This document shows, one piece after another, positions 19,161 to 28,330 of a stretch of DNA of 40,442 bases. Under the pieces are notes generated by a model. It worked only from the letters and a program-made list of their open reading frames with translations. It ran no database searches and was not told the origin of the DNA. The position numbers and the translations under genes are program-made. How positions within the stretch are numbered: position 1 is the first letter of the stretch; each line of letters opens with the position of its first letter. This DNA is from a virus (Duplodnaviria > Caudoviricetes), in IMG/VR virus record IMGVR_UViG_3300033076_000834, positions 1-40,442 of that record. One strand, 5' to 3'.

Positions 19161-20027
19161 ATGAATACGAAACAAGTTTTATATAATGCACTTAAAGTGC
19201 AATTAGATGCTAAAGAAGCAGATTGTAATAACTACACTAATGAAGTATACAATCCAGCTATTAATCAATTAAATACTAAAGTAGCATCTTGGTTTGTTAA
19301 TAATTTAAAAACACATTCTAAAACTATTTTGTTTACAGGTAATAGAGTTGAGTTTGAATATGGAGATGGTTGGGGTAAAAGAATTGATATTGATACTAGA
19401 TCATCTTGGAACAATGATAAACAAGAACGTAACATTGAATTAAGTTGGAGAAGTGGTAATTACTCAATTGGTAATGATGACTATAAAACTTACTTATCTG
19501 ATTTAAGTTTATTAGCTAATAATTTAGAAACAATTGATATTAACTTTTCAGAGTGGAGAAAGGAGCATAATGCGATTGAAAAAGCAGAAAGAGAATATCG
19601 TAATGAGTTTGAAACATTAAAAACAGCTCTTAATAAATTATCAACTGAAATAAGTAATGATATTAAAGATGCTATGAAGGAAATTGGTTATACAATTAAA
19701 TCATTTAAACAAGATATTACTTTAAATTGGGATTATAAAGGTGATACTAAAGATTATTATTTACATACTAGAGAAAAATCATTACAATTACAATATGGTC
19801 GTTCACAATATGATACAGTGTGGGTGAATGGTTTTAAAGTATTAGGTAAGAAAGGTAATAAATATAAAGTTGAAGCATATAGAGAAGGAACGTCCGTGCC
19901 TCAAAATTATGATGTGTTAGAGAAAAAGTTTGAATCGTTCATTGAAGAAGTTAACCGTTGGGAAAATTCATCAGCCGACGATAGAAAAGCTAGAGCTGAA
20001 CGTGACTTAGCTTCAAGAACTAAATAA
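19161..20027 (+). CDS. hypothetical protein with coiled-coil segment
   Basis: Start moved to ATG 19161 (consensus leader). Confidence 0.75.
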   Translation: MNTKQVLYNALKVQLDAKEADCNNYTNEVYNPAINQLNTKVASWFVNNLKTHSKTILFTGNRVEFEYGDGWGKRIDIDTRSSWNNDKQERNIELSWRSGNYSIGNDDYKTYLSDLSLLANNLETIDINFSEWRKEHNAIEKAEREYRNEFETLKTALNKLSTEISNDIKDAMKEIGYTIKSFKQDITLNWDYKGDTKDYYLHTREKSLQLQYGRSQYDTVWVNGFKVLGKKGNKYKVEAYREGTSVPQNYDVLEKKFESFIEEVNRWENSSADDRKARAERDLASRTK

Positions 20028-20029
20028 TT

Positions 20030-20055
20030 TGACCTAAGAAAATATATTATTATTA
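20030..20055 (+). promoter_or_regulatory. variant early-type promoter TGACC-N13-TATTATTA
   Basis: One mismatch in the second box; 2 nt after a stop codon. Confidence 0.6.
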
Positions 20056-20072
20056 GTTATAAAATAAAAGTT

Positions 20073-20300
20073 ATGCCTAGAAAATTTTTTATCCAGAAGG
20101 ATGTTGAGTACAAAAATGGTGTTGTAGACACTTGGTACATGATTAAGTTAGAAACCACTGATGCAGATGGTTATGTTAGTTCCCAATTTATTGATTGTTG
20201 TAAAGATGATGAAACTAAAGCATTTGAGTTGTTAGATGCTGCTGTTGAGAAATGGGTTCCATCTAGTAAAACAATTATTAAAGAAGTAGTAATTGACTAA
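20073..20300 (+). CDS. hypothetical protein
   Basis: Consensus leader. Confidence 0.65.
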   Translation: MPRKFFIQKDVEYKNGVVDTWYMIKLETTDADGYVSSQFIDCCKDDETKAFELLDAAVEKWVPSSKTIIKEVVID

Positions 20301-20566
20301 TGAACAAAGAAGAAAAAAGCGTTTGGGTGTTGAAGCAAATCATAGACGAAATGTTTCTGATTGCTGGACACCCAGATGTTACTTTTGAAGACATAGTCAG
20401 TAGAAAAGATAATTGGTGGATGGAATGGTCAATGACTGAAGACCAATATCTAAGATGGAAACAAGCGGGTATAGATATATTAAGAAGAGAATATAGATGG
20501 CCCAAATATAGAGCTAGTGAACAAATGGCTTGGTATGCTTTACAATATAGTTTGACAATTAAATAA
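20300..20566 (+). CDS. hypothetical Trp-rich protein
   Basis: TAATG coupling to upstream gene. Confidence 0.65.
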   Translation: MNKEEKSVWVLKQIIDEMFLIAGHPDVTFEDIVSRKDNWWMEWSMTEDQYLRWKQAGIDILRREYRWPKYRASEQMAWYALQYSLTIK

Positions 20567-20584
20567 AAATAAAATAAAACAATT

Positions 20585-21529
20585 ATGATTGGATTTTTAG
20601 TGTTCATTATTTCCCTAATAGTGTTAGGAGGAGTATTTGGTATTTTTGGTTTAAGTAAGTATGTAGGCGAACCTGATAAGTATGGTGATCGCCATGTAAA
20701 TGGTTTTCAGTTAGTTAAATTAGTAGGAGTTATTTTAGCTTCATTCCTTTTAGGAGCATTTATTCCTTATGAAGTTGAAAGAGTTGACTCAGGTAAAGTA
20801 GCTATTTTAGTAGATAATATTGGTGATAGTAAAGGTATGGCTAAAGTAGAATATAAACGTGGTTGGGTATTATACAACTCATTCACTGAACGTTACTATG
20901 AATTTCCAGTTTATCAACAACATATTGACTATGAAGAAAATACAGTAATTACTAGAGGTGGATTCCAAGCTACAATTAAACCTAGTTTCAACTATTCACT
21001 TAATCCAACTACAGTAGATAATATGTTCCAAAATTTAAGATTGGATATTAAACAAGTAGAACAAGGATGGCTAAAGAATGCTATTATTAGTTCAGTTAAT
21101 GATGTTGCTAACTTGTTTACAGTTGATAGTATTTTTAATCATAGAGCTGAATTTGAAGCTGCTATCATTACTGAGTGTAATAAGAGAGTAGGTAAATGGT
21201 TTACAGTTAGTCAGTTAAGAACTAATATTGCTCCACCACCTGCAATTACTAAAGCAATTGAAGAAAAAACAAAAGCAGTTCAGGAAGCACAAGCCGCGTT
21301 ACAACGTAGATCAGTAGCTGAAGCTGAAGCAGCTGAAAAAATAGCAATTGCTAAGGGTGACTCAGCACAAGCAGTTATTGCCGCCGCTGGTCAAGCTAGA
21401 GCTAACCAGTTAATGCAACAATCATTAACACCTAATCTAGTAAACAAAATGTGGATTGAGAAGTGGGATGGTAAATTACCAACATATCAATTAGGTAATG
21501 GACAAGGTATAATGTTAAATTTAAAATAA
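20585..21529 (+). CDS. SPFH/Band-7 (prohibitin-like) membrane protein
   Basis: Two N-terminal hydrophobic segments, SPFH-like core, Ala/Glu coiled coil, WIEKWDGKLP tail. Confidence 0.88.
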   Translation: MIGFLVFIISLIVLGGVFGIFGLSKYVGEPDKYGDRHVNGFQLVKLVGVILASFLLGAFIPYEVERVDSGKVAILVDNIGDSKGMAKVEYKRGWVLYNSFTERYYEFPVYQQHIDYEENTVITRGGFQATIKPSFNYSLNPTTVDNMFQNLRLDIKQVEQGWLKNAIISSVNDVANLFTVDSIFNHRAEFEAAIITECNKRVGKWFTVSQLRTNIAPPPAITKAIEEKTKAVQEAQAALQRRSVAEAEAAEKIAIAKGDSAQAVIAAAGQARANQLMQQSLTPNLVNKMWIEKWDGKLPTYQLGNGQGIMLNLK

Positions 21530-21537
21530 TATAGGTT

Positions 21538-21831
21538 ATGGATAGCCAATTAAATAAATTTAAATATAAAGTAGTTAGAGTAGGAGATAGTAAAACTAAA
21601 CATGGTAATGTTATTGATTGGGTTGAATGGAATGATGATAGAACATTTAATTCTAAACATGAATCTATAGGCATTAAGCGTAGTTTAGTATTGGACTTTA
21701 ATTTAGGTACTTTTAAATGGATGACAACTCCAGTGACTGAGATTTTGGAGAATAAGGAAAATTATATTAAATTTAATACTGAAAATAGTACATATGAAAT
21801 CTTTATTAGACAAGATAAAACAAGTATATAA
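21538..21831 (+). CDS. hypothetical protein
   Basis: 97-aa ORF, WMTTPVTEI...FNTENSTYE. Confidence 0.65.
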   Translation: MDSQLNKFKYKVVRVGDSKTKHGNVIDWVEWNDDRTFNSKHESIGIKRSLVLDFNLGTFKWMTTPVTEILENKENYIKFNTENSTYEIFIRQDKTSI

Positions 21832-22399
21832 TAGTATAGTTAATCCAAAGGTAGGTGCTAAGTTAACTGCTAAACATGCTCCACTTACTGGTAGTAGTAC
21901 ATTATATACTGGTAATACAGGATTTCAAAACTATTATCAAACAACCTACTCAACATGGAATAATGATTATTGGATTAAGAAATTAAAACGTGATTTGTAT
22001 ATGATCCAATATAAAGGAACATGGACACATGAGATGGATGAGGCTATGTTTAATAGTGTTGTTGGTATGTTGCAATCAAAACTAGAAGCAGATCATAATA
22101 TGGCTAGGGAAATAGTTTTTAATAGTAAAATGATACTTAGACATAGAAAAGTATTTGCTAATATGTTTTTTAAAGAGTTAGGTTATGGTTGGAATTCAAT
22201 GTATACAACAGGAGGAATCACTGGTTCGATTAATATTACTTCAAGTAATACTTGGGCAACAACAACTCCATTACAAACAATAACAACTGTAAATCCAAAT
22301 TATGCTACTTATACAGTAAATACAGGAACAGGAATGGGGATAAGTAATTATACAACAACTAATGGAACTACTATCACAGCTAAAAAAGCAGCTAAATAA
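21794..22399 (+). CDS. hypothetical protein with shared MLxS helical motif and Thr-rich tail
   Basis: HEMDEAMFNSVVGMLQSKLEADHNMAREIV. Confidence 0.7.
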   Translation: MKSLLDKIKQVYNSIVNPKVGAKLTAKHAPLTGSSTLYTGNTGFQNYYQTTYSTWNNDYWIKKLKRDLYMIQYKGTWTHEMDEAMFNSVVGMLQSKLEADHNMAREIVFNSKMILRHRKVFANMFFKELGYGWNSMYTTGGITGSINITSSNTWATTTPLQTITTVNPNYATYTVNTGTGMGISNYTTTNGTTITAKKAAK

Positions 22400-22406
22400 A
22401 TAAGTT

Positions 22407-22775
22407 ATGAGTAACAACATGGTTAATTATAGTTGGCAGAAAAGAACAGACCGTAGACAAACTATGGATAGTTTATTTTCTAAGTACAACCACGATAAAA
22501 CAGCTAGAAAGTTATTAAGTAAAAAACTTAATGCTATCCAAACACATCCAGCTAGATGGATACATGAAATGGATGATGAAATGTTAGAATCAGTAACTAT
22601 GATGCTTAATTCAGAAGATGTTACTAATAGAAACATGGCTAAGGATATAGTATTTAAAAGTAAATTAAACTATAATCAAATTAGATACTTAGTAAATAAT
22701 CACTGTTATGTTTTATTAACTGATGAGACAGCTGATTATTTACAAAATGTTAAATCAGGAAGCTATTCATGGTAG
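22407..22775 (+). CDS. hypothetical protein with shared MLxS helical motif
   Basis: HEMDDEMLESVTMMLNSEDVTNRNMAKDIV. Confidence 0.7.
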   Translation: MSNNMVNYSWQKRTDRRQTMDSLFSKYNHDKTARKLLSKKLNAIQTHPARWIHEMDDEMLESVTMMLNSEDVTNRNMAKDIVFKSKLNYNQIRYLVNNHCYVLLTDETADYLQNVKSGSYSW

Positions 22776-23149
22776 ATGATATAATTAAAATGATAAATAG
22801 CCCTAATGCTAATGATAGGCATATGGGACTAAATATATTATTTAATCAATGGGATGATTTTAATAATGAAGAGTTAAATAAAGTATGTATAGCTTATTTT
22901 GAAAAATTAAATACAAAATCTCCAGATGAATATGATGGAAGAAGATATTATCATATGGAGAATAATAGAACAATAAGACAAATAGGTGAGGACATAGAAT
23001 TTGTCGCTGAACATATTTGTGATGATCCAAAAAAATTAGGAAAAATATTCATGTTTAATGTTGAGGGTATAATTAGAGATGTTAAAATTAAAAAACTAAA
23101 CAATGAGAGGCAGACCGAAGGAAATAGTACAGGAACCATTGCCAACTAA
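22769..23149 (+). CDS. hypothetical protein with N-terminal MLxS-like motif
   Basis: MVDDIIKMINSPNANDRHMGLNIL. Confidence 0.65.
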   Translation: MVDDIIKMINSPNANDRHMGLNILFNQWDDFNNEELNKVCIAYFEKLNTKSPDEYDGRRYYHMENNRTIRQIGEDIEFVAEHICDDPKKLGKIFMFNVEGIIRDVKIKKLNNERQTEGNSTGTIAN

Positions 23150-23381
23150 ATTTGAGCGTCGTTATGAGGATGAGGATACAATTGAGGTATGGAAATACGA
23201 TTTAAAGAAGTTTAACAGGGGTCCTATAGAAGTTAATATAACTTATAAAGCGGGTGCTGAGAAACGAATTAAACAACGGAATAAAGACGCTAAGCAGGAA
23301 AAACGAACAGCTAGACAAATGAAAAAAATAGAACAAAATGGGAATAATGCGAACAAAAAATCAAGGGCTACTAAAAAGTAG
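23103..23381 (+). CDS. basic protein with N-terminal AT-hook-like RGRP
   Basis: MRGRPKE start; K/R-rich C-terminus. Confidence 0.6.
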   Translation: MRGRPKEIVQEPLPTKFERRYEDEDTIEVWKYDLKKFNRGPIEVNITYKAGAEKRIKQRNKDAKQEKRTARQMKKIEQNGNNANKKSRATKK

Positions 23382-23598
23382 TATCACTGATAAAGCAGAA
23401 ATTAATGATGGGCACTATTTGGAGTTAACAGATAGATGTCATGTTATGGCTAGTATATTTTATGACCATATTGTAGAACATCCTTTAGCAATTGAGGATG
23501 AAGAAATAAAACGAGCTGCAGAACATATAAGTGAAGCATTATATGATTTCTATCAGATAGTAGCTAGTAAAATGTTTAATAATGATGAACAACATTAA
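23338..23598 (+). CDS. hypothetical protein
   Basis: 86-aa helical ORF. Confidence 0.6.
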   Translation: MGIMRTKNQGLLKSSITDKAEINDGHYLELTDRCHVMASIFYDHIVEHPLAIEDEEIKRAAEHISEALYDFYQIVASKMFNNDEQH

Positions 23599-23962
23599 CT
23601 CAGGAGCTGATTACGCTAACGTAATAATAAACAGTGTTATAGAAATGGAGGGTAAACTTCCTAAGAATGAACAAATGCCTAGTTTATTATTTACTTACTG
23701 GTGTCAGGAAATATCTAATAAAGCAGATGAGACATGGGCTGATTATATAATTGGTAAACGAGAGACATTTCTAATGAGTGATGTTGAAATGAAAGAATTA
23801 TATGATAATGCAGGATTAAGATATGTTAGTGAATTAATTAATGGAATGGTTGATAAAGACTTGTTACAAACATATATTGATGAGAATGGAGATATATTAT
23901 ATGGATTAACAGATAAAGGTAAACAAACAGTAATAGATGATTTAATGAATGATAATGAATAA
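23582..23962 (+). CDS. hypothetical protein, possible winged-helix C-terminus
   Basis: LINGMVDKDLL...DENGDILYGLTDKG. Confidence 0.55.
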   Translation: MMNNINSGADYANVIINSVIEMEGKLPKNEQMPSLLFTYWCQEISNKADETWADYIIGKRETFLMSDVEMKELYDNAGLRYVSELINGMVDKDLLQTYIDENGDILYGLTDKGKQTVIDDLMNDNE

Positions 23963-24236
23963 ACTAAATATGGCTCGCAACCATCAATTTACATCAACTG
24001 TATTATCAGGTGTTAACAATCCATTATTATCAGTTCCAAATGTTGTATTACCTCCATCAGTGACATTTAGAGCAGTGGAAGGAGGAATTAGTTTTGAATT
24101 TGAGAATAAAGAAGGAAAAATTAGATTAGATTTAGATGGTGATAATTTTATAAAAGCAGTTCATGCGTTTACTGAAGCATTAGATAAAAGTAATGTTAAA
24201 TATAAAATAACAACTACTAAAAAGAAAAAACGATGA
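23949..24236 (+). CDS. hypothetical protein
   Basis: Overlapping ORF in a gene chain. Confidence 0.55.
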   Translation: MIMNKLNMARNHQFTSTVLSGVNNPLLSVPNVVLPPSVTFRAVEGGISFEFENKEGKIRLDLDGDNFIKAVHAFTEALDKSNVKYKITTTKKKKR

Positions 24237-24460
24237 TAGCTAAACGTAAACATAAATTAAATTCTAGTATATTAGGAGTACCACTACCAAGAGACTTTAA
24301 ATATAGAGGTAAATTTAATAGGATGTGGAAAATGAATAGTGTAACTATAGATGATATAATAAATACCTTATATAGAAATTATAAACACCTAATTAATAAA
24401 ACACCAAATGAAATCTCAGAGAAAATTCATGAAGAATTGGTTCCAGAAGAAGTATCATGA
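24233..24460 (+). CDS. hypothetical protein
   Basis: ATGA-coupled ORF. Confidence 0.5.
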   Translation: MIAKRKHKLNSSILGVPLPRDFKYRGKFNRMWKMNSVTIDDIINTLYRNYKHLINKTPNEISEKIHEELVPEEVS

Positions 24461-24632
24461 TCGAGGCATCAATGGTAGAGTAAAGAAACTAGGTGGTTGG
24501 GGCGGAATAGCTGAGAGAAAAACAATAGACAGAATAGCTAGAACAATAAGTGATGAGATTGATAGAGAAATATTAAAACAATTAACTGATTATGCCAAAA
24601 CCTATATTCATAGTGAAAATACCCATAAATGA
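24408..24632 (+). CDS. hypothetical protein
   Basis: Contains ISDEIDREILKQL helix. Confidence 0.5.
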   Translation: MKSQRKFMKNWFQKKYHDRGINGRVKKLGGWGGIAERKTIDRIARTISDEIDREILKQLTDYAKTYIHSENTHK

Positions 24633-24822
24633 CCCATCACTTAATTTTGATGCTATGGATAGAATTACTAAGAAATTACAAGATCAAATGCCTGATTATC
24701 ATGTATTAACAATTGGCGATAAGAGAAAACGAGGTGGAGTTAGGTTTGAATGTTACAACACATCAGACTTGGACACAGTTAGTTTTGAATATTTGAAGTG
24801 GATGGTTAGTGAATTAAAATAA
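24592..24822 (+). CDS. hypothetical protein
   Basis: 76-aa ORF. Confidence 0.6.
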   Translation: MPKPIFIVKIPINDPSLNFDAMDRITKKLQDQMPDYHVLTIGDKRKRGGVRFECYNTSDLDTVSFEYLKWMVSELK

Positions 24823-24828
24823 ATTTTT

Positions 24829-24855
24829 TGACCCAAAGATAAGATTATATATTTA
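24829..24855 (+). promoter_or_regulatory. variant early-type promoter TGACC-N14-TATATTTA
   Basis: Spacer one nt longer than consensus; intergenic. Confidence 0.55.
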
Positions 24856-24903
24856 ATATATTAAAATAGTAATTAAACATTTTTATTAACAAAAAACACA
24901 GTT

Positions 24904-25134
24904 ATGAGTTATCAAACAAAAGTACGCGCTAACTACTTAAACAGAACAGCGAAATTATCATTTTTTACTCACCGTCAGAAGCAAGGTGATGTTACCCGTT
25001 TAGCTGAAGAAACAGGGTATTCAACAAGCCACATCTACAACACTATTAGTGGCGCTAGAAGAATCAACGACACAATTGCAAATGCAATGTACATGTTGAC
25101 TCGCAGACGTCAAAAGAGCGAGTTATACGCTTAA
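24904..25134 (+). CDS. Cro/XRE-like HTH DNA-binding protein
   Basis: VTRLAEETGYSTSHIYNTISGARR; has its own promoter and terminator. Confidence 0.75.
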   Translation: MSYQTKVRANYLNRTAKLSFFTHRQKQGDVTRLAEETGYSTSHIYNTISGARRINDTIANAMYMLTRRRQKSELYA

Positions 25135-25156
25135 TTAAGTTAGTTACGACTGCCAT

Positions 25157-25200
25157 GAGGTTAGCGGATCAGTTTTTACACTGACCGCTATCTCTCTTTT
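25157..25200 (+). terminator. intrinsic terminator whose 3' arm contains a TGACC promoter box
   Basis: TAGCGG-a-TCAGT pairs with ACTGA-CCGCTA, then TCTCTCTTTT; TGACC-N13-TATATTAA at 25182-25207. Confidence 0.65.
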
Positions 25201-25348
25201 ATATTAAATGTAATGATAAAAGCATTTAAGAAAAATACAAATAAACCATGGCACATGGTAAGTAAGCATAAACGAGTATATGAATGTCGTGGTAAGTATT
25301 CTAGATATATGAAAACACCTAAAAAACCAGTATGGTTAGTTAAATAAT

Positions 25349-25507
25349 ATGAGCAACAATATAAGTGAAAGTATAGACTACATGTACAATTGGATTAGAG
25401 AGAAAAGCGGTAGACTAATTAAGAAAAATGATATATGCCCAGTACATGAGACAGTATTAAATGAAGATGGAACATGTAATAAATGTTTAGAGAAAAACAA
25501 TAAATAA
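25349..25507 (+). CDS. small zinc-finger protein (52 aa, not in ORF track)
   Basis: CPVH...CNKC. Confidence 0.55.
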   Translation: MSNNISESIDYMYNWIREKSGRLIKKNDICPVHETVLNEDGTCNKCLEKNNK

Positions 25508-25508
25508 T

Positions 25509-25757
25509 ATGAGATATAATTATAGAATAATAGAACGAGCAGTAGTAACAACAAAACAAGGAATAAGTACACAAAGTGTAGAATATGTTCCTCAATATAG
25601 AGAAGATACATTTTTAGGTAGACTTTGCGGATGGGTGAACATTGTTGAGTACCCATGTTCAAGTGAGAAAGAAGCAGAACAAAAAATAGAAAACCATAAA
25701 GTAAGACAACACGTATCAAAAATTAAAAACAAAATAAAATATATAGACAATGAATAA
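25509..25757 (+). CDS. hypothetical protein
   Basis: 82-aa ORF. Confidence 0.55.
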   Translation: MRYNYRIIERAVVTTKQGISTQSVEYVPQYREDTFLGRLCGWVNIVEYPCSSEKEAEQKIENHKVRQHVSKIKNKIKYIDNE

Positions 25758-25944
25758 CAAAATTAGAGCAGCATTATTAACAATATTAACATTTGGATTA
25801 ATATTTGGGTTATTATATTGTATACTTCATTACGCTCACATTATAGGAATGTTGTTTGCAACATTTGTATTCACATTTGGAGTGTATTTACTATACTCAA
25901 TGTATAAGGGTATGTTAGACTATAAAGACAAAAACAAACAATAA
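25750..25944 (+). CDS. small two-TM membrane protein
   Basis: Two hydrophobic segments. Confidence 0.6.
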   Translation: MNNKIRAALLTILTFGLIFGLLYCILHYAHIIGMLFATFVFTFGVYLLYSMYKGMLDYKDKNKQ

Positions 25945-26129
25945 TGTGGGGAGTGATGTGGAATAGAAAAGCAATGTATTACTCAGCTAAAACTAAGTAC
26001 TTCGACAATTGGAGAAACTATAGAGAACGAGGTAAAGTTAGGCGAACCGATAGAATATTTTTTAAAATATTAACAACAAAACTACATGAAGTGGGCACTA
26101 CCAAAAGAAGACGATATAAGATATGTTAA
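25944..26129 (+). CDS. basic hypothetical protein
   Basis: TAATG coupling; very K/R-rich. Confidence 0.4.
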   Translation: MWGVMWNRKAMYYSAKTKYFDNWRNYRERGKVRRTDRIFFKILTTKLHEVGTTKRRRYKIC

Positions 26130-26394
26130 GCGATTTGCGCTATGGCCTATCAAAGTAAATGATAATCAAGGCAACCCATACCGTGTTTGGCTTGAACCGT
26201 ATATGGCACGTCAAACGTATTGGAAAAATAAAGTGGATCATATGGTGTGGGCAACAATAGAGCGATTATCAATGGATGCTTATAACGAACGAGCCAAATA
26301 TAATCAACTGTTTAAAGACAAAACGGGTATAAATTATAATGCTGAGACGGTACAAGACATATTAAATAACATGGACTATAATGCTAAAGTATGA
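26086..26394 (+). CDS. hypothetical protein
   Basis: KRFALWPIKV...VWLE pattern. Confidence 0.55.
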   Translation: MKWALPKEDDIRYVKRFALWPIKVNDNQGNPYRVWLEPYMARQTYWKNKVDHMVWATIERLSMDAYNERAKYNQLFKDKTGINYNAETVQDILNNMDYNAKV

Positions 26395-26627
26395 TGTGGT
26401 GGAGTAAAAAAACAATAAACGCTCAAGGTATAGTAACAGCACATGGTATTATACTTAGGAAACAAACGTTTAGAACATATACTAAACGTGGGCAACATGG
26501 TAAAATAAATAGGGATTTTGCTAGACAATTAAGTCAAGAAATGAAACTATTAATGAAAAAAGCAGGTAAACAATGGTATAGACACCCAATAAACAATAAC
26601 AAATATGCAAGGATTAAAGCAATATAG
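26391..26627 (+). CDS. basic hypothetical protein
   Basis: ATGA-coupled ORF; very basic. Confidence 0.4.
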   Translation: MMWWSKKTINAQGIVTAHGIILRKQTFRTYTKRGQHGKINRDFARQLSQEMKLLMKKAGKQWYRHPINNNKYARIKAI

Positions 26628-26791
26628 ACGCATGAGTAATAGAAAACAATCGTTACTAGGCACACGATACAGGACGAGAGGAATGTATAGTAAAGCATAT
26701 AAACGTTATAGACGTATGCAATTACAATTTGAACGAATGCATGGAAACCCAATCATAACTCATCATGAAGTTAGCTTATAATTAATAGTAT

Positions 26792-27004
26792 ATGGCAAGT
26801 ATAGATCACCTATGGAATAAAAAACACTTCCAAAAATACACATCACGAGGGTATACGGGACGTACAGACAGAATAAAGGGTGATTCAATTAAAATTAGAG
26901 TAGTGACCCCGTATGCATTGCTTAGATTAAAGTTACTATGGAAGAAACATAAACTAAGAACAGTATACGATTTAAGATACGATAGAAAAGAATATAGCAT
27001 ATAA
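26792..27004 (+). CDS. basic hypothetical protein
   Basis: 70-aa ORF, atypical codon use; coding status uncertain. Confidence 0.35.
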   Translation: MASIDHLWNKKHFQKYTSRGYTGRTDRIKGDSIKIRVVTPYALLRLKLLWKKHKLRTVYDLRYDRKEYSI

Positions 27005-27019
27005 TAATAAATCCAGAAT

Positions 27020-27391
27020 ATGTTACACGTAACACCTAAACTACGACGCGACGGAGGAATAAAACACTACGTATACAATAGCAAAGTATATGACACATCA
27101 AATACGCCTAAACATAACGATCTAAAAACATCGTATAGAACATTGTATAGGTACCTACAAACAAATGGGTATGTGACATATGAGGGACGTGGACAAGCAA
27201 GTAGATGGGCACGAATAAATGCTAAGATATCAACAAACGTTGTACATGATCTCGTGGTGGTTGATATAGCTAAGTTATGGACGATGCGTACGTTAACTAA
27301 TAGACATGCGAATACAATGCGTAAATTCGCGCATAAAATTAAGGTAAATGCGCTTAAATCGACTAGACGAACGGGTGACAAACAAATATAG
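27020..27391 (+). CDS. basic hypothetical protein
   Basis: 123-aa ORF, CpG-rich atypical codons; coding status uncertain. Confidence 0.4.
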   Translation: MLHVTPKLRRDGGIKHYVYNSKVYDTSNTPKHNDLKTSYRTLYRYLQTNGYVTYEGRGQASRWARINAKISTNVVHDLVVVDIAKLWTMRTLTNRHANTMRKFAHKIKVNALKSTRRTGDKQI

Positions 27392-27571
27392 TAGGTGAAC
27401 TAACGGCGGGTAAAACGTTTATATGGCGCGTATAGGACAAATGAGACACGTATGGGTAGGTGACAAGTATGGGAATGTGGGTGGTCGGACACGTGTCACA
27501 TGTTCCCCCCTTTCGCGGGTCAACCAAGCCTTACTCGTCGAGTACCCTATATAAGTATATACGCGTTTGCC

Positions 27572-27597
27572 TGACCGGGACATGCTCATTATCTTTA
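27572..27597 (+). promoter_or_regulatory. early-type promoter TGACC-N13-TATCTTTA
   Basis: Exact motif, preceded by TTTGCC. Confidence 0.8.
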
Positions 27598-27614
27598 TTA
27601 TATAATAAGAAAAT

Positions 27615-27716
27615 ATGGGAACACATATCACGATTTTAGAAGCAGTTTTAGTTGGAGTAGTAAGCCTAGTTATGTATGCAGCTGTTAAAGCCGCTTATGA
27701 GACATGGTTTAAATAA
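27615..27716 (+). CDS. 33-aa single-TM peptide (not in ORF track)
   Basis: MGTHITILEAVLVGVVSLVMYAAVKAAYETWFK*, between two promoters. Confidence 0.6.
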   Translation: MGTHITILEAVLVGVVSLVMYAAVKAAYETWFK

Positions 27717-27721
27717 TTGAT

Positions 27722-27747
27722 TGACCGGAACTGGAATGTTATATTTA
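27722..27747 (+). promoter_or_regulatory. early-type promoter TGACC-N13-TATATTTA
   Basis: Exact motif; context TAA-TTGAT-TGACC. Confidence 0.8.
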
Positions 27748-27765
27748 ATATATAAATAATTAATA

Positions 27766-28017
27766 ATGAAAGAGAAAAAAATGAAAATGGTTAAGGTATA
27801 TTATGTGCGTATGGATGGCTTCTACAGCAACATCGAGTTAAGAGAAGTAGGTAAGGATAGTGTGGATAATGAATACTGTTACTTTAAAAAATTATCCAGC
27901 GCTAAGAAATACTTAGTAGACCAGTTACAAAGCATGGTTAACGAGTATAAGAGTAACATTAAGGAAGTTAAGAGTATTAAGGCGATAGACGCTAATGGTG
28001 AGTACATTAGAAAGTAA
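27766..28017 (+). CDS. hypothetical protein
   Basis: Single ORF between two promoters. Confidence 0.65.
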   Translation: MKEKKMKMVKVYYVRMDGFYSNIELREVGKDSVDNEYCYFKKLSSAKKYLVDQLQSMVNEYKSNIKEVKSIKAIDANGEYIRK

Positions 28018-28022
28018 TTGCC

Positions 28023-28048
28023 TGACCCACCCAGACACATTATATTTA
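28023..28048 (+). promoter_or_regulatory. early-type promoter TGACC-N13-TATATTTA
   Basis: Exact motif; context TAA-TTGCC-TGACC. Confidence 0.8.
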
Positions 28049-28078
28049 ATTATAAATAAAAACAATAAAATAAAGGTT

Positions 28079-28315
28079 ATGTCAAAAGTTAAATCAACAA
28101 CAACAGCAAAACGTGGTCGTCCAGTAGTAGAAGGTTCTAAACGCCAAGCAGTACTTGCAATGAGAGATGCTAAACGCGCTCAAGGTTTAGAAATTAAACG
28201 TGGCCGTCCAGCCGGTACTAAGAAAACAACTGACGTTACAGTTGAAGTAAAGGCAACAGCTAAGAAAAGCAAGGCGGCTAAGCAAGCCGAGTTAGCTACA
28301 CCAGCTGAGGCTTAG
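28079..28315 (+). CDS. basic protein with two AT-hook-like motifs
   Basis: KRGRP twice, K/A-rich tail; start moved to ATG 28079 downstream of the promoter. Confidence 0.75.
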   Translation: MSKVKSTTTAKRGRPVVEGSKRQAVLAMRDAKRAQGLEIKRGRPAGTKKTTDVTVEVKATAKKSKAAKQAELATPAEA

Positions 28316-28330
28316 TAAATAATAATAAGG

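Noticed and set aside
27497-27523. Minus-strand TTGACC as a divergent promoter
   Set aside because: No TAnnTTTA box 13 nt downstream on that strand
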